DNA of 64,000 bases from Dehalococcoidia bacterium (GCA_964291495.2 OZ219867.1:71365-135364); one strand, 5' to 3'. Shown: positions 37,268-47,496, counted from the first letter of the stretch. The notes: a model not told the origin generated them from the sequence alone. Numbers and translations are program-made.

Positions 37268-38629
37268 TCAGGCCGTCGGGCAGAGGTCGGCGATGAGGCC
37301 GTCCACGCTGCGCGCCGTGTCGAGCGTTGCGAACGCCTCGATGCCGCGTTCAATCGCCGTCTCATCGAGCACGCGGCCGGCGGTGTCGCGGTACTTGTCC
37401 GCCAGCTGGTCCCAGCTCAACGGGTGGTCCGCCGAACCGGCGGCCTCGTCGACGGCGCGCACGAGGCGCCCGCCGTCCGCGAGCGTGACCTCGACGTGCG
37501 CGAACTTCGGCGCGCCGGCGAACTCGGGCGGGGTGGCGCCCTCGCTGGTGTGGATCCGCTCGATGAGCTGCTGCGCCTCCGGGCGCATGACCGCGTCGTC
37601 CTCGAAGGTGGCGAGCCGCAGCTGGCGGTCAAGCAGGATCGCGGAGAGCACGTACTGCATGCTGAACTTGCCCTGCAGCCCGTCCTTCGGGCGCGGGTGG
37701 ATCAGCGCCGCGAGGCCCCCCGGCTCGACGCGCACGTCGATGCGCTCGACCTGGTCCGGCTGCAGGTCGTGCTCCTCGATGAGGGCGAACACGCAGTCCG
37801 CGGCGCGAGCCGTGCCGTAGCAGCAGGGGTAGCGCTTCACGTTGATTCCCGGATCGACGATGCCCCAGTGCTCGCCCAGCGCCTCGAGGCGCTCGGGCGC
37901 GTCCCCGCCCTCGCCCGCGAACAGCTTGAGGAAGCCCATCGGGCCGCCGATCGACTCCTCGGCGGCTGTGAAGCCGCGCTCGGCGAGCAGCACCGCCTGC
38001 AGGCCGCCGCGGGCGGCGTTGCCGACGTGCAGCGGCTTGGTCATCGAGCCGAAGTTGGCGCGGCTGCCTCCGGCGAGCGAGAGCGCGATGCCGAGCGCGT
38101 GCCGGGTGCGCTCGGCGTCCAGCCCCGCGAGGCGCGCACCGGCCGCGGCTGCGCCGAGCGTCCCCGCCGTCGCCGTCGCGTGCCAGCCGTGCACGTACTG
38201 CGAGGGGTCGACGGCGTGACCGAGGCGGATCTCGACCTCGAGGCCGATCACGAAGGCGTCGAGCAGCGCCGCGCCGCCGCGGCCGCGCTCCTCGGCGAGG
38301 GCGAAGACGGTGGGCAACAGGGGCGCCGTGGGGTGCCCGTGCAGCGGCAGGGACGTGTCGTCGTAGTCGAGGGCGTGCGCGGCTGTGCCTGTCGCCAGCG
38401 CTGCGTCCAGCAGCTGCGCACGCTGGTTCGAGCCGAGGATCGCGACCGGTCCCGGACCGTGCCCGGCGACCATCTCGCGGACGATCGTCGGGCCGTCCTC
38501 GGGGACGCCGGCAAGCGCCACGCCGGTGGTGTCGAGCAGGGCGCGCTTGGCCGCAGTGATTGCCTCGGGCGGGACGGACTCGGCGGGTGTCTCTGTGACG
38601 AAGCGGACGACGTGCTCGGTGAGGCTCAT
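37268..38629 (-). CDS. MmgE/PrpD family protein
   Basis: HALDYDD, GHP, GWHAT, MTKPLHVG, KRYPCC, GKFS. Confidence 0.93.
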   Translation of the reverse strand: MSLTEHVVRFVTETPAESVPPEAITAAKRALLDTTGVALAGVPEDGPTIVREMVAGHGPGPVAILGSNQRAQLLDAALATGTAAHALDYDDTSLPLHGHPTAPLLPTVFALAEERGRGGAALLDAFVIGLEVEIRLGHAVDPSQYVHGWHATATAGTLGAAAAGARLAGLDAERTRHALGIALSLAGGSRANFGSMTKPLHVGNAARGGLQAVLLAERGFTAAEESIGGPMGFLKLFAGEGGDAPERLEALGEHWGIVDPGINVKRYPCCYGTARAADCVFALIEEHDLQPDQVERIDVRVEPGGLAALIHPRPKDGLQGKFSMQYVLSAILLDRQLRLATFEDDAVMRPEAQQLIERIHTSEGATPPEFAGAPKFAHVEVTLADGGRLVRAVDEAAGSADHPLSWDQLADKYRDTAGRVLDETAIERGIEAFATLDTARSVDGLIADLCPTA

Positions 38630-38825
38630 GAGGGCGCTCCTTGCGCAGGCGGCTCACGCTGCGTCTGGCCGCCGGGGCGATGATAGCGCGAAGCGGCCGG
38701 CGCGGCGGGCGTGGCCGGGAGCGCCCCTAGCGGCGGAAGTCCGTATGCTGCCCCTCGCGTGCCCGGGGACGGGCCGCGTCTCGGCCCGCGCACCCGCGCG
38801 GCGAGGCAAGCGAGGGGAGCAGCGA

Positions 38826-39410
38826 GTGGCCCAGTCCGCCCTGGACGCGATCGACGAGTTCATTGCCGCGCAGACGATCGACCGCTCGAGTCCGCGCTGG
38901 CGGACGCAGCTCGACCGGCCGCCGCGGGTCGGCTTCGATAAGGGCAGCTCCTACTTCTGGGACCTCGAGACGAACGTCGGCTCGCTGAGCGTGCGGCTGA
39001 TGCCGGACGTCGCGCCGATGCATGTGAGCAGCACGATCTACCTGACGCGGCTCGGCTTCTACGACGGGCTCAGCTTCCACCGAGTGATCACGCAGTTTAT
39101 GGCGCAGGGCGGCTGCCCACTCGGCACCGGCACCGGCGGTCCCGGCTACCAGTACGCCGGCGAGTTCGACGGCGACGTGCGCCACGACCGGCGCGGCCTG
39201 CTGAGCATGGCCAACGCCGGACCGAACACGGACGGCAGCCAGTTCTTCCTGACCTTCGTCCCCACGCCCTGGCTGGACGGCAACCACACCATCTTCGGCG
39301 AGGTCGTCGAGGGCATGGAGACGCTGCAGGCCCTCGAGGCGCGTGGATCGCAAGGCGGGGCAACGACGGAACCGCTGGAGATCACCAGCGCCTCGATTCG
39401 CGTCGAGTAG
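38826..39410 (+). CDS. Cyclophilin-type peptidyl-prolyl isomerase
   Basis: FYDGLSFHRVI, QGG, LSMANAGPNTDGSQFF, WLDGNHTIFGEV. Confidence 0.93.
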   Translation: MAQSALDAIDEFIAAQTIDRSSPRWRTQLDRPPRVGFDKGSSYFWDLETNVGSLSVRLMPDVAPMHVSSTIYLTRLGFYDGLSFHRVITQFMAQGGCPLGTGTGGPGYQYAGEFDGDVRHDRRGLLSMANAGPNTDGSQFFLTFVPTPWLDGNHTIFGEVVEGMETLQALEARGSQGGATTEPLEITSASIRVE

Positions 39411-39419
39411 CGCGGGCGG

Positions 39420-40364
39420 CTACGCCTCGAGGGCGGCGCGGATCGCGGCGCCTGCCTCCTGCTGCGCGGCCGTGGCCTTGTCGAGGATCGGGGCCATGTT
39501 GAAGAAGCCGTGGATCACGCCGTCGTAGCGGCTCAGCCTCGTCGGCACCCCCGCCGACCAGAGGCGGCGGGCGTAGGTCTCGCCCTCGTCGCACAGCACG
39601 TCGTACTCGGCGGTGATCACGAGGGCGGGAGGCAGCCCGCTCAGGTCCGCTGCCTGGAGCGGCGCGGCGTAGGGCTCCTTCGCCTGTTCCGGCGACTCCA
39701 GGTAGTGACCCCAGTACCAGGTCATGTCCTCGGCCGAAAGCAGATCGCCGTCGCCGCCGTGCTCGACGTATGACCCGGTCGTGAAGTCGCGGTCCGTCAC
39801 GGGGTAGATGAGCGCCTGGAAGGCGATCGCCGGGCCGCCCCGATCGCGCGCCATCTGCGCGACGACCGCCGCGAGGTTGCCGCCCGCGCTGTCACCGGAG
39901 ACGGCGATCCTCGAGGGGTCGATGCCGAACTCCGCCCCGTGCTCGCTGACCCAGGCCGTCGCGGCGTAGCAGTCGTCGGCGGCCGCCGGGTACTTCGCCT
40001 CGGGCGCGAGCCGGTAGTCGACGGAGATCACCGTCGCGCCGCTGAGGTTTGCGAGGGCGCGAGCGGGCGCGTCGTGGGTATCGAGGTTGCAGATCACCCA
40101 GCCGCCGCCGTGGAAGTAGAGGATGCCCCCGCCCGATGGAGTCTCGGGTGTGTAGATGCGGATCGGGATGTCGCCGCCGGGGCCGGGGATGACGCGATCC
40201 TCGATGCCGGCGATCGGCTCGGGACCGTCGCCCATCCCGGCCATCGCCGCCGAGCGCTCGAGGGTGTCCGCTCGCGCCTGCTGCGCCGTCTTCTGGTGGT
40301 TGGGCACGGCGCGAAACTCGGCCGTCAGCGTGAGTATGTCCTGCATCTGGGGATCGAGCGGCAT
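39420..40364 (-). CDS. HSL-family esterase/lipase (alpha/beta hydrolase)
   Basis: HGGG, DYRLAPE, GDSAG, D(VL) and HGF triad. Confidence 0.95.
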   Translation of the reverse strand: MPLDPQMQDILTLTAEFRAVPNHQKTAQQARADTLERSAAMAGMGDGPEPIAGIEDRVIPGPGGDIPIRIYTPETPSGGGILYFHGGGWVICNLDTHDAPARALANLSGATVISVDYRLAPEAKYPAAADDCYAATAWVSEHGAEFGIDPSRIAVSGDSAGGNLAAVVAQMARDRGGPAIAFQALIYPVTDRDFTTGSYVEHGGDGDLLSAEDMTWYWGHYLESPEQAKEPYAAPLQAADLSGLPPALVITAEYDVLCDEGETYARRLWSAGVPTRLSRYDGVIHGFFNMAPILDKATAAQQEAGAAIRAALEA

Positions 40365-40525
40365 GCGGCACCTCCGTCGCTCGCGAGGCCGACCCTCGCG
40401 CCACGGCGCATCGTACCCCTCGGAGCGTTGATGTGAACCCGCGCGCGCGCTACGCGATCCCTGGACTCGGGCGCTATAACGAGCGTGGCGGCGCGTGCGC
40501 GCACCGCGCGGAGAAGGAGAGACGG

Positions 40526-41446
40526 ATGGGCTCGAATCTCGAGGGCAAGGTCGCGGTGGTGACCGGGGCCGGACGGGGAGTCGGACGGGCGGTCGCGCTG
40601 GAGCTCGGCGCCGAAGGGGCGAGCGTCGTCGTCAACGACTTCGGCGGCCTCAGCGATGGTGTGAGCGAGGCCTCGAACGAGCCGGCCGACAGCGTCGTCG
40701 AGGAGATCCGCGCCGCCGGCGGCCGGGCAGTGGCGAACTACGCGAGCGTCGCCACCGTCGAGGGCGGCCGCAGCATCATCGACACGGCGCTCGAGGAGTT
40801 CGGCGGGTTGCACACCGTCGTCCACTTCGCGGGCAACCGGCAGCCGAAGATGATCTTCAACCTCAGCCCGGAGCAGTGGGACGCGGTCATCAAGGTGCAC
40901 CTCTACGGCGCCTTCAACGTCGTGCAGCCGGCCTCGGTGATCATGCGCGAGCAGCAATGGGGCCGGATCATCCTCTGCAGCTCCGGTGGCGTCTGGATCG
41001 GCACGATGGGCGGGACGAACTACACCGCCGCCAAGGCCGGCATCTACGGCTTCGCGCTGAGCCTCGCGATCGAGCTGGCGAAGTACAACGTCACGGCCAA
41101 CTGCATCGGCCCCAGCGCCTACACGCGGATGACCGAGGAGACCTACGCGCAGCTCTCGGGCCGCCCGCTCAGCCCCGTGATGGAGCAACGGGACGCGGGG
41201 ACCGAAACGACGTCGCGGCCCGAGCACGTCGCGCCGATCGTCGCCTACCTCGCAACCGAGGAGGCGGGCTACATCACCGGCCAATGGTTCAACGCGGGGC
41301 GGCCGGGGCTGATCTCGGTGAACTCGATGCCGTCCCCGGCGAAGTCGATCTACAGCGACGGGAAGTGGTCGGTGGACGAGCTGATCAAGGTGATGCCGGG
41401 CACGCTCGGCGCGAATCTGCCGAAGCCGCATAGTGGCGCAGGCTAG
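40526..41446 (+). CDS. Short-chain dehydrogenase/reductase (MFE-2/3-hydroxyacyl-CoA dehydrogenase-like)
   Basis: TGAGRGVG, VVVND, WDAVIKVHL, NYTAAK. Confidence 0.92.
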   Translation: MGSNLEGKVAVVTGAGRGVGRAVALELGAEGASVVVNDFGGLSDGVSEASNEPADSVVEEIRAAGGRAVANYASVATVEGGRSIIDTALEEFGGLHTVVHFAGNRQPKMIFNLSPEQWDAVIKVHLYGAFNVVQPASVIMREQQWGRIILCSSGGVWIGTMGGTNYTAAKAGIYGFALSLAIELAKYNVTANCIGPSAYTRMTEETYAQLSGRPLSPVMEQRDAGTETTSRPEHVAPIVAYLATEEAGYITGQWFNAGRPGLISVNSMPSPAKSIYSDGKWSVDELIKVMPGTLGANLPKPHSGAG

Positions 41447-41467
41447 CGGTGGCGGCGCGCCTCCGGC

Positions 41468-42367
41468 TCAGCGGCTGCCGCGCAGCCGCGGGTCGAGTTC
41501 GTCGCGCAGGGCGTCGCCGAACATGTTCATCACGTAGACCACGAGGCTGAGCGCGATCGTCGGGAAGACGAGGATCCAGGGCTGGACGATCATGTAGAGC
41601 CGGCCCTCGGCGCTCATGATCCCGCCCCAGCTCGGCGTCGGCGGCGGCACGCCGAAGCCGAGGAAGCTCAGCGACGCCTCGGCCACGATGTAGCCGCCGA
41701 TCGAGGTGGACATCAGGACGACGACCACCGGAAAGATGTTGGGCAGGATGTGGCGCAGCAGGATGCGCGGCGTCGAGGCGCCCATCGCCCGGGCGGCGTC
41801 GATGAAGGGGAAGGCGCGGATGCCGATCACCGCGCCGCGCACCACGCGCGAGAGCGAGAGCGAGCCGCGGGCGGCGAGGGCGATGATCACGTTCGTCACG
41901 CTCGGCTCGAGCACGACGAGGATCGCGATCAGCATCACCAACGGCGGCAGCGCCTGCGAGGCGTCGACGAAGCGCTGCACGATGTAGTCGAACACCCCGC
42001 CCAGGTAGCCGCTCACTGCCCCGAGGACGGTGGCGCACGCCGCCGCCCCGAACGTGGCGCCGAGGCCGACGTAGAGCGAGATCCTCGCACCGTGGATGAC
42101 GCGGCTGAACAGGTCGCGTCCGAACTGGTCCGTGCCGAAGAAGTGGTCGGGCGAGGGATTGATCAGGCTCTCTCCGACGTTGTTGCGGGTCGGCGAGTAG
42201 GGCGCAATCACGTCGGCGAAGATCGCAATGAACACCAGCAGCACGAGCACGGCCGCCGAGAACGCGCCGATCGGCTGGCGCCTGGCGAAGCGCACGAGGG
42301 TCGTGCCCCAGCGCGCAGCGAGGGATGGCTCCTGCGGAACGAGCATCGCGTCGTCGGCCGCGGCCAT
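41468..42367 (-). CDS. Peptide/nickel ABC transporter permease (DppC/OppC-type)
   Basis: FGTDQFGRDLFSRVIHG, EAA-like DAARAMGAS, EASLSFLGFG. Confidence 0.93.
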   Translation of the reverse strand: MAAADDAMLVPQEPSLAARWGTTLVRFARRQPIGAFSAAVLVLLVFIAIFADVIAPYSPTRNNVGESLINPSPDHFFGTDQFGRDLFSRVIHGARISLYVGLGATFGAAACATVLGAVSGYLGGVFDYIVQRFVDASQALPPLVMLIAILVVLEPSVTNVIIALAARGSLSLSRVVRGAVIGIRAFPFIDAARAMGASTPRILLRHILPNIFPVVVVLMSTSIGGYIVAEASLSFLGFGVPPPTPSWGGIMSAEGRLYMIVQPWILVFPTIALSLVVYVMNMFGDALRDELDPRLRGSR

Positions 42368-42373
42368 CGTCGC

Positions 42374-43324
42374 CTACTCCGTCCTCGTGCGCGGGTCGAG
42401 CACGCCGTATGAGACGTCGACCATCAGGTTCACCATGATCACGAGCAGCCCGGAGACCACGGTCAGGCCCTGCACGACCGGGTAGTCGCGGGCGGTCAGC
42501 GAGCCGATCAGCGTCCGCCCCAGCCCGGGCAGCGAGAAGATGCTCTCGAGGATCACCGTTCCCGAGAGCAGGAACGCCACCTGGATGCCGAGCAGCGAAA
42601 CGACGGGGATCAGCGCGTTGCGCAGGGCGTGCCGCATCACCACCGTCCCCTCGCGCACGCCCTTCGAGCGGGCGGTGGTGATGTAGTCCTGCCGCAGCAC
42701 TTCCAGCATCATCGTGCGCGTCAGGCGCATCAGCGAGGCGCTGAGGGAGAGGCCGAGGATGATGGCAGGCGTGAAGAACTGGGCGACGTAGGGCCAGATG
42801 CCGTCGCCGGGCGGCGTGTAGATGACCGGCGGCGACCACTTCCACCAGATCGTCGGGAAGACGATCACCGCTGTGGCGATCGCGAAGTTGGGAATGCTCA
42901 AACCGGCAATCGAGACGCTGCGCAGAAAGTAGTCCAGCAGGCTGTTGCGCCTGACGGCCGAGATGATGCCGATCACCACGCCGGTCGTCGCGCCGACGAC
43001 GAGCGCCATCACGCCCATCGTGAGGGTCACCCCGATCCGCTGCCGGATCAGGCCCGTGACCGATTCCTCCGTGAAGATCGAGTTGCCCAGGTCGCCGCGC
43101 AGCGTGCCCAGCGTGTAGCGCACGAACTCCTCGGGCAGCGACTTGTCGAGGCCGAGCCGCGCCTCCAGCTCCGCGCGCGAGACATCGTCGAGGCGTACCT
43201 GCTCCTCGAGCAGCACGTCGATCGCATCGCCGGGGAGCAGGCGGATCAGCACGACGACGAAGAGGATCAGCACCATCGTCGTGGGGATGATCGCGAGCAG
43301 GCGGGCGACGATGTAGTTGCGCAC
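42374..43324 (-). CDS. Peptide/nickel ABC transporter permease (DppB/OppB-type)
   Basis: LPGDA, GDLGNS, DYITTARSKG, HALRNA, RDYPVVQG; GTG start 43324. Confidence 0.93.
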   Translation of the reverse strand: MRNYIVARLLAIIPTTMVLILFVVVLIRLLPGDAIDVLLEEQVRLDDVSRAELEARLGLDKSLPEEFVRYTLGTLRGDLGNSIFTEESVTGLIRQRIGVTLTMGVMALVVGATTGVVIGIISAVRRNSLLDYFLRSVSIAGLSIPNFAIATAVIVFPTIWWKWSPPVIYTPPGDGIWPYVAQFFTPAIILGLSLSASLMRLTRTMMLEVLRQDYITTARSKGVREGTVVMRHALRNALIPVVSLLGIQVAFLLSGTVILESIFSLPGLGRTLIGSLTARDYPVVQGLTVVSGLLVIMVNLMVDVSYGVLDPRTRTE

Positions 43325-43468
43325 GGCGCCTCCGCTGAACGCGTCCGTTATGCGTCCGGCGGTCGCCAGCATACGCCGTTCGACCCGGAAACGAGCGTGT
43401 GTAGTATCGGCGTGCGGGTCCAGACCCCGGCGGGCGAGATCGCGCTGAGGCTGCGAGAGGAGCACCCA

Positions 43469-44272
43469 ATGACCGAGGAACCAGCAGGCCGCCTCGCGGG
43501 CAAGGTTGCGATCGTGACCGGCGCCGGATCGGTCACCGAGGGCATCGGCAACGGCCGCGCCACGGCGATCCTGTTCGCGCGCGAGGGCGCAAAGGTGCTG
43601 CTCGTCGGGCGCAGTCGCGAACGTACCCTCCCGACCCTCGAGGCGATCGAGGCGGAAGGTGGCGAGGCCGCGATGTTCCTCGGCGACGTGACGCGCAGCG
43701 AGGACTGTCAGGCCATGGTCGCCGAGGCGGTCGAGCGCTGGGGCAAGCTCGACATCCTCCACAACAACGCCGGCATGAGCGGCCCGGGCACGATCCTCGA
43801 CATCGAAGAGGACTTCTGGGACGAGGTGATCCGCGCCAACCTCACGAGCACGATGCTGGCCTGCAAGGCGGCGATCCCGGTGATGGCCGAGGGCGGCGGC
43901 GGCGCGATCAACATCACCTCGTCGCTTTCGGCGATCCGGCCGGTCCACCTCACCTCGTACTCGACGGCGAAGGGCGCGCTGATCACGCTCACGGCCGGCC
44001 TGGCGATGGACCACGCCGCGCAGGGCATTCGCGCCAACTGCATCATCGTCGGGCCGATGTACACGCCGTCGGTCTGGTCGCGCGGCATGAGCGACGAGCT
44101 GCGCGATCGCCGCCGCCGTGCCTCGCCGATGGGCAGGGAAGGGACCGGCTGGGACACCGGCTGGTGCGCCGTCTACCTCGCCTCGGACGAGGCGCGCTAC
44201 GTCACCGGCGTCGCCATCCCCGTCGACGGCGGCGTGAGTATCAGCAGCCCCAACCGCCACGACCCTCGCTGA
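43469..44272 (+). CDS. Short-chain dehydrogenase/reductase
   Basis: TGAGS..GIGNG, NNAG, YSTAK; RBS GAGGAG. Confidence 0.92.
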   Translation: MTEEPAGRLAGKVAIVTGAGSVTEGIGNGRATAILFAREGAKVLLVGRSRERTLPTLEAIEAEGGEAAMFLGDVTRSEDCQAMVAEAVERWGKLDILHNNAGMSGPGTILDIEEDFWDEVIRANLTSTMLACKAAIPVMAEGGGGAINITSSLSAIRPVHLTSYSTAKGALITLTAGLAMDHAAQGIRANCIIVGPMYTPSVWSRGMSDELRDRRRRASPMGREGTGWDTGWCAVYLASDEARYVTGVAIPVDGGVSISSPNRHDPR

Positions 44273-44286
44273 GGGCAGGGGGCGGG

Positions 44287-45021
44287 CTACTCCGTGCCCG
44301 CGCCGCCTCCTCGGTGGACATAAAGCGCGACGGCGACGTTGTCGGGCGCGCCCCGCTCGAGCACGGCGTCGATCAGCTCCGAGGCGTAGTCGCCGCCTGA
44401 TTCCGCGACCACACGCCCGATCTGCTCGTCGTCGAGCACGCCGTGCAGCCCGTCGCTGCTCAGCAGCAGCAGGCACGGGTCGGGCAGCGCGATCGGCCCC
44501 GTCAAGTCGGCGCCCGCGTGGTCATCGAGGCCGATCGCGCGCGTGATGACGTGGCGGTTGAGCGCCGCCAGCGGGTCGTCCGGCTCGAGCAGCCCGGCGC
44601 GGATCTGCTCCTCGACCCACGAGTGGTCCTCGGTGAGCTGCCGCGCGGCGCCGCCGTCGAGGGGCACGAGGTAGCCGCGGCTGTCGCCGACGTTCGCGGT
44701 CCACGCCTGCGACCCGCGCACGAGCGCGGCGACGAGCGTGGTGCCCATCCGCGCGTGCGCTCCCTGCTGCCCGGCACGCACGGCGCGGTTCGCCTCCTCG
44801 AAGGCCTCGCGCAGCCCGATGGCCGGGTCGGTCGGCGGCTGGGCACGCAGCCGCTCGACCAGCGCGTCGAGCGCGGCGTGAGAGGCGACCGCGCCGCCGG
44901 GGTGGCCGCCGAGGCCGTCGGCGACGGCCAGCAGCAGCGAGCCGTCGGGCAGCGTCAGCGCGGCGGCGGCGTCCTCGTTGCGCTCGCGCAGCAGTCCGCG
45001 GTCGCTGCGGGCTTGCAGCAT
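44287..45021 (-). CDS. PP2C-family Ser/Thr protein phosphatase
   Basis: RERNED, VADGLGGH, MGTT, NVGDSR, SDGL, GAPDN. Confidence 0.95.
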   Translation of the reverse strand: MLQARSDRGLLRERNEDAAAALTLPDGSLLLAVADGLGGHPGGAVASHAALDALVERLRAQPPTDPAIGLREAFEEANRAVRAGQQGAHARMGTTLVAALVRGSQAWTANVGDSRGYLVPLDGGAARQLTEDHSWVEEQIRAGLLEPDDPLAALNRHVITRAIGLDDHAGADLTGPIALPDPCLLLLSSDGLHGVLDDEQIGRVVAESGGDYASELIDAVLERGAPDNVAVALYVHRGGGAGTE

Positions 45022-45134
45022 CGCTCCCTCCGATCGCCGCCCGGGAGCGTGGAGGCGGCGCCCGTGCGATCATAGGATCCGCGACCAGCCGGCCGCCGCA
45101 TGGGATCCGAGAGACCGTGTCGAGAGGAATGCGA

Positions 45135-45503
45135 ATGCCGAACCCGGTGGTTCACTTCGAAGTCGTCGGCAGGGACGGCGCGGCGATCCAGCAGTTCTAC
45201 CGTGACGCCTTCGACTGGGACGTCAACGCGAACAACCCCATGGCCTACGGCCTCGTCGAGGCCCAGGACGAGGGCATCGGCGGCGGCGTCGGCGGTGCGA
45301 TGGAGGAGGGCGGGCAGCCCTACGTGACGTTCTACATCCAGGTCGACGACATGCGAGCAGCGCTCGACCGGATCGAGTCGCTCGGCGGCGAGACGGTGAT
45401 GGACGTCACGTCGATCCCCGGGATGGTGACGATGGCCCAGTTCCGCGACCCCGACGGCAATCTCGTGGGCATCGTGCACTCGGAGACGCCTCCCGAGGCC
45501 TAG
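45135..45503 (+). CDS. VOC/glyoxalase family protein
   Basis: PVVHFEV, FYIQVDD, FRDPDGN. Confidence 0.92.
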   Translation: MPNPVVHFEVVGRDGAAIQQFYRDAFDWDVNANNPMAYGLVEAQDEGIGGGVGGAMEEGGQPYVTFYIQVDDMRAALDRIESLGGETVMDVTSIPGMVTMAQFRDPDGNLVGIVHSETPPEA

Positions 45504-45537
45504 GCAGTCACCGGTGGATAGGCCTCTGGCGCTCTGC

Positions 45538-45705
45538 TAGCATCCCCGGACTAACGCTTTCGTTATCGAAGGCGTAGTGCCGCCCGGTCCGCTGCCTCGA
45601 AACATCGAGGCGCGTGGCAGGCGTGTGAGGGCCGGGCAGGTCAGGCCGAAGGCCCTTGTCCGGGCGCGGGGCCCGGCGGGCATCCGGCCGGTACGGAGGG
45701 TGCTC
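45538..45705 (+). promoter_or_regulatory. Extended -10 (TGcTAGCAT) followed by a structured 5' leader
   Basis: TAGCAT at 45538-45543, three stem-loops, RBS GGAGG before ATG 45706. Confidence 0.45.
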
Positions 45706-47496
45706 ATGGCGACCAACGACTCAGACTTCTTGCGGATGCTTCACCAGCGGACGTCACGGCGCACGCTGCTGCGAGGCGCCGCGCTCGGCGGCGCTGGCCT
45801 CGCGGCCGCGGCGCTGATCGGCTGCGGCGACGACGACGAGGAGGAGGCGCCCGCGCCATCGACACCGGCGCCGACGCCGACCGCGGCGCCGGCGACCGCA
45901 ACCCCGGAGCCGACTCCGACGCCGGATGCGCGGCGCGGCGGCGTCTTCAAGTACACGCGGACGTCGTCCCTGGCCGGCGCGGTCGACCCCCACCAGTCCA
46001 CCTCCACGGGCTGGTTCCTCTGGCAGTTCATCGGCGACCATGCGGTGCGCCGGAACCGCAACGCCTCCGAGGTCGTAGGCGAGCTCATCCAGGACTGGGA
46101 AGTCGCGCCGGACGGCGTCTCGATGACGATGAACGTGCGCGACGGGGCGGTCTGGCAGAACAAGGCGCCGATCAACGGTCGCGCCGTGGACGCCGAGGAC
46201 ATCGTCTACAACTTCGAGCGCATCGCCGGCCGCTACGCGGACGCGGAGGAGACCGAGATCGGCCGCTACCAGCGCCGCGGCACCGTGGCGGGCATGGAGG
46301 AGGTCACGGCCGTCGACGCCAGCACGGTGAGTGTGACGTTCGACCGGCCGCGCGGCAGCTTCTTGTGGGGCCTCACGGACGGCCGCAACTCGATGGTGCC
46401 CAAGGAGTTCCTCTCCTCGGGCGGCGACTTCAACGACCCGGTCACGGCGGTCGGGTCCGGCCCGTTCATCGTCGATGAGTACGAGAACGAAGTGACGGTC
46501 AAGATGAGCCGCAACCCGGACTGGTGGAAGTCCCCGTTGCCGCTCCTCGACGGCGTCGAGTTCGTGTTCCTCGCGGACAAGACGGCGCTGATGGCCGCCT
46601 TCACGCAGGGCTCGGTGGACTTCTTCTCCGGCCCGAACCGGGTGGAGCAGGAGACGCTGGACAAGCTGGGCGGCAAGGGCCAGCGCTTCGTGATGCCGGA
46701 GTCGGTGCTGTGGCCGCACTGGCGCTTCAACACCAAGGAGAAGCCGTTCGACGACGCCCGGGTGCGGCTCGCCCTGCAGCGCGTGCCGAACTACAAGGAG
46801 GCCGGCGACGCCTATTACGGCAACGCCTGGCGCTTCACCGGCCCGCTCGCCTCGGGCTACGGCGAGGCCTACAAGTCCGAAGAGATCGCCCAGATGCCGG
46901 GCTGGAACCCGAACACCAAGGAAGCCGACATCCAGGAGGCGAAGCAGCTGATGTCGGCCGCCGGGTTCCCCAACGGCGAGTTCGAGTGGAAGCTGCTGCT
47001 CGGAGTGCCCGCGCCCACCACGAACTGGTACGACTCGAGCACGCGCGCGATCGATGCCTGGAAGACGGTCTGGCCGGACATGAACGTCGAGCTGGACCTG
47101 CCGACGGACATCGCGGCGTTCAGCAAGCGGCAGAACTCCCGCGAGGGCTGGCAGGCCGTCTGCTACACCATCCTCGGTCAGCCGGACGCCGTGCTGGAGC
47201 TGCACTCGCAGTACCACTCGGAGGGCTCGCGCAACTACGGCAACTTCGCCGACCCGACCATCGACGAGCTGATCGACCAGGCGTCGATGCAATTCGACAT
47301 CGAGGAGCGGGGCGAGACGATCAAGCAGGTTCAGGATCTGCTGATCCAGGAGCACATGCCGATCGTCCAGATCTACGTGTACCTGCAGATCAACTACTGG
47401 TCCGAGCGGATGCGCGGCTTCGAGGAGGTCTACGGCCTCGAGGGCACGTTCGAGCCGGGCCAGCGCGGACGGGACTACCTCTGGATCGCCAAGTAG
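45706..47496 (+). CDS. Family-5 ABC substrate-binding protein, Tat-exported lipoprotein
   Basis: SRRTLL Tat motif and LIG-C lipobox, PT linker, GSGPF, PFDDARVRLAL, NYGNFADP. Confidence 0.92.
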   Translation: MATNDSDFLRMLHQRTSRRTLLRGAALGGAGLAAAALIGCGDDDEEEAPAPSTPAPTPTAAPATATPEPTPTPDARRGGVFKYTRTSSLAGAVDPHQSTSTGWFLWQFIGDHAVRRNRNASEVVGELIQDWEVAPDGVSMTMNVRDGAVWQNKAPINGRAVDAEDIVYNFERIAGRYADAEETEIGRYQRRGTVAGMEEVTAVDASTVSVTFDRPRGSFLWGLTDGRNSMVPKEFLSSGGDFNDPVTAVGSGPFIVDEYENEVTVKMSRNPDWWKSPLPLLDGVEFVFLADKTALMAAFTQGSVDFFSGPNRVEQETLDKLGGKGQRFVMPESVLWPHWRFNTKEKPFDDARVRLALQRVPNYKEAGDAYYGNAWRFTGPLASGYGEAYKSEEIAQMPGWNPNTKEADIQEAKQLMSAAGFPNGEFEWKLLLGVPAPTTNWYDSSTRAIDAWKTVWPDMNVELDLPTDIAAFSKRQNSREGWQAVCYTILGQPDAVLELHSQYHSEGSRNYGNFADPTIDELIDQASMQFDIEERGETIKQVQDLLIQEHMPIVQIYVYLQINYWSERMRGFEEVYGLEGTFEPGQRGRDYLWIAK

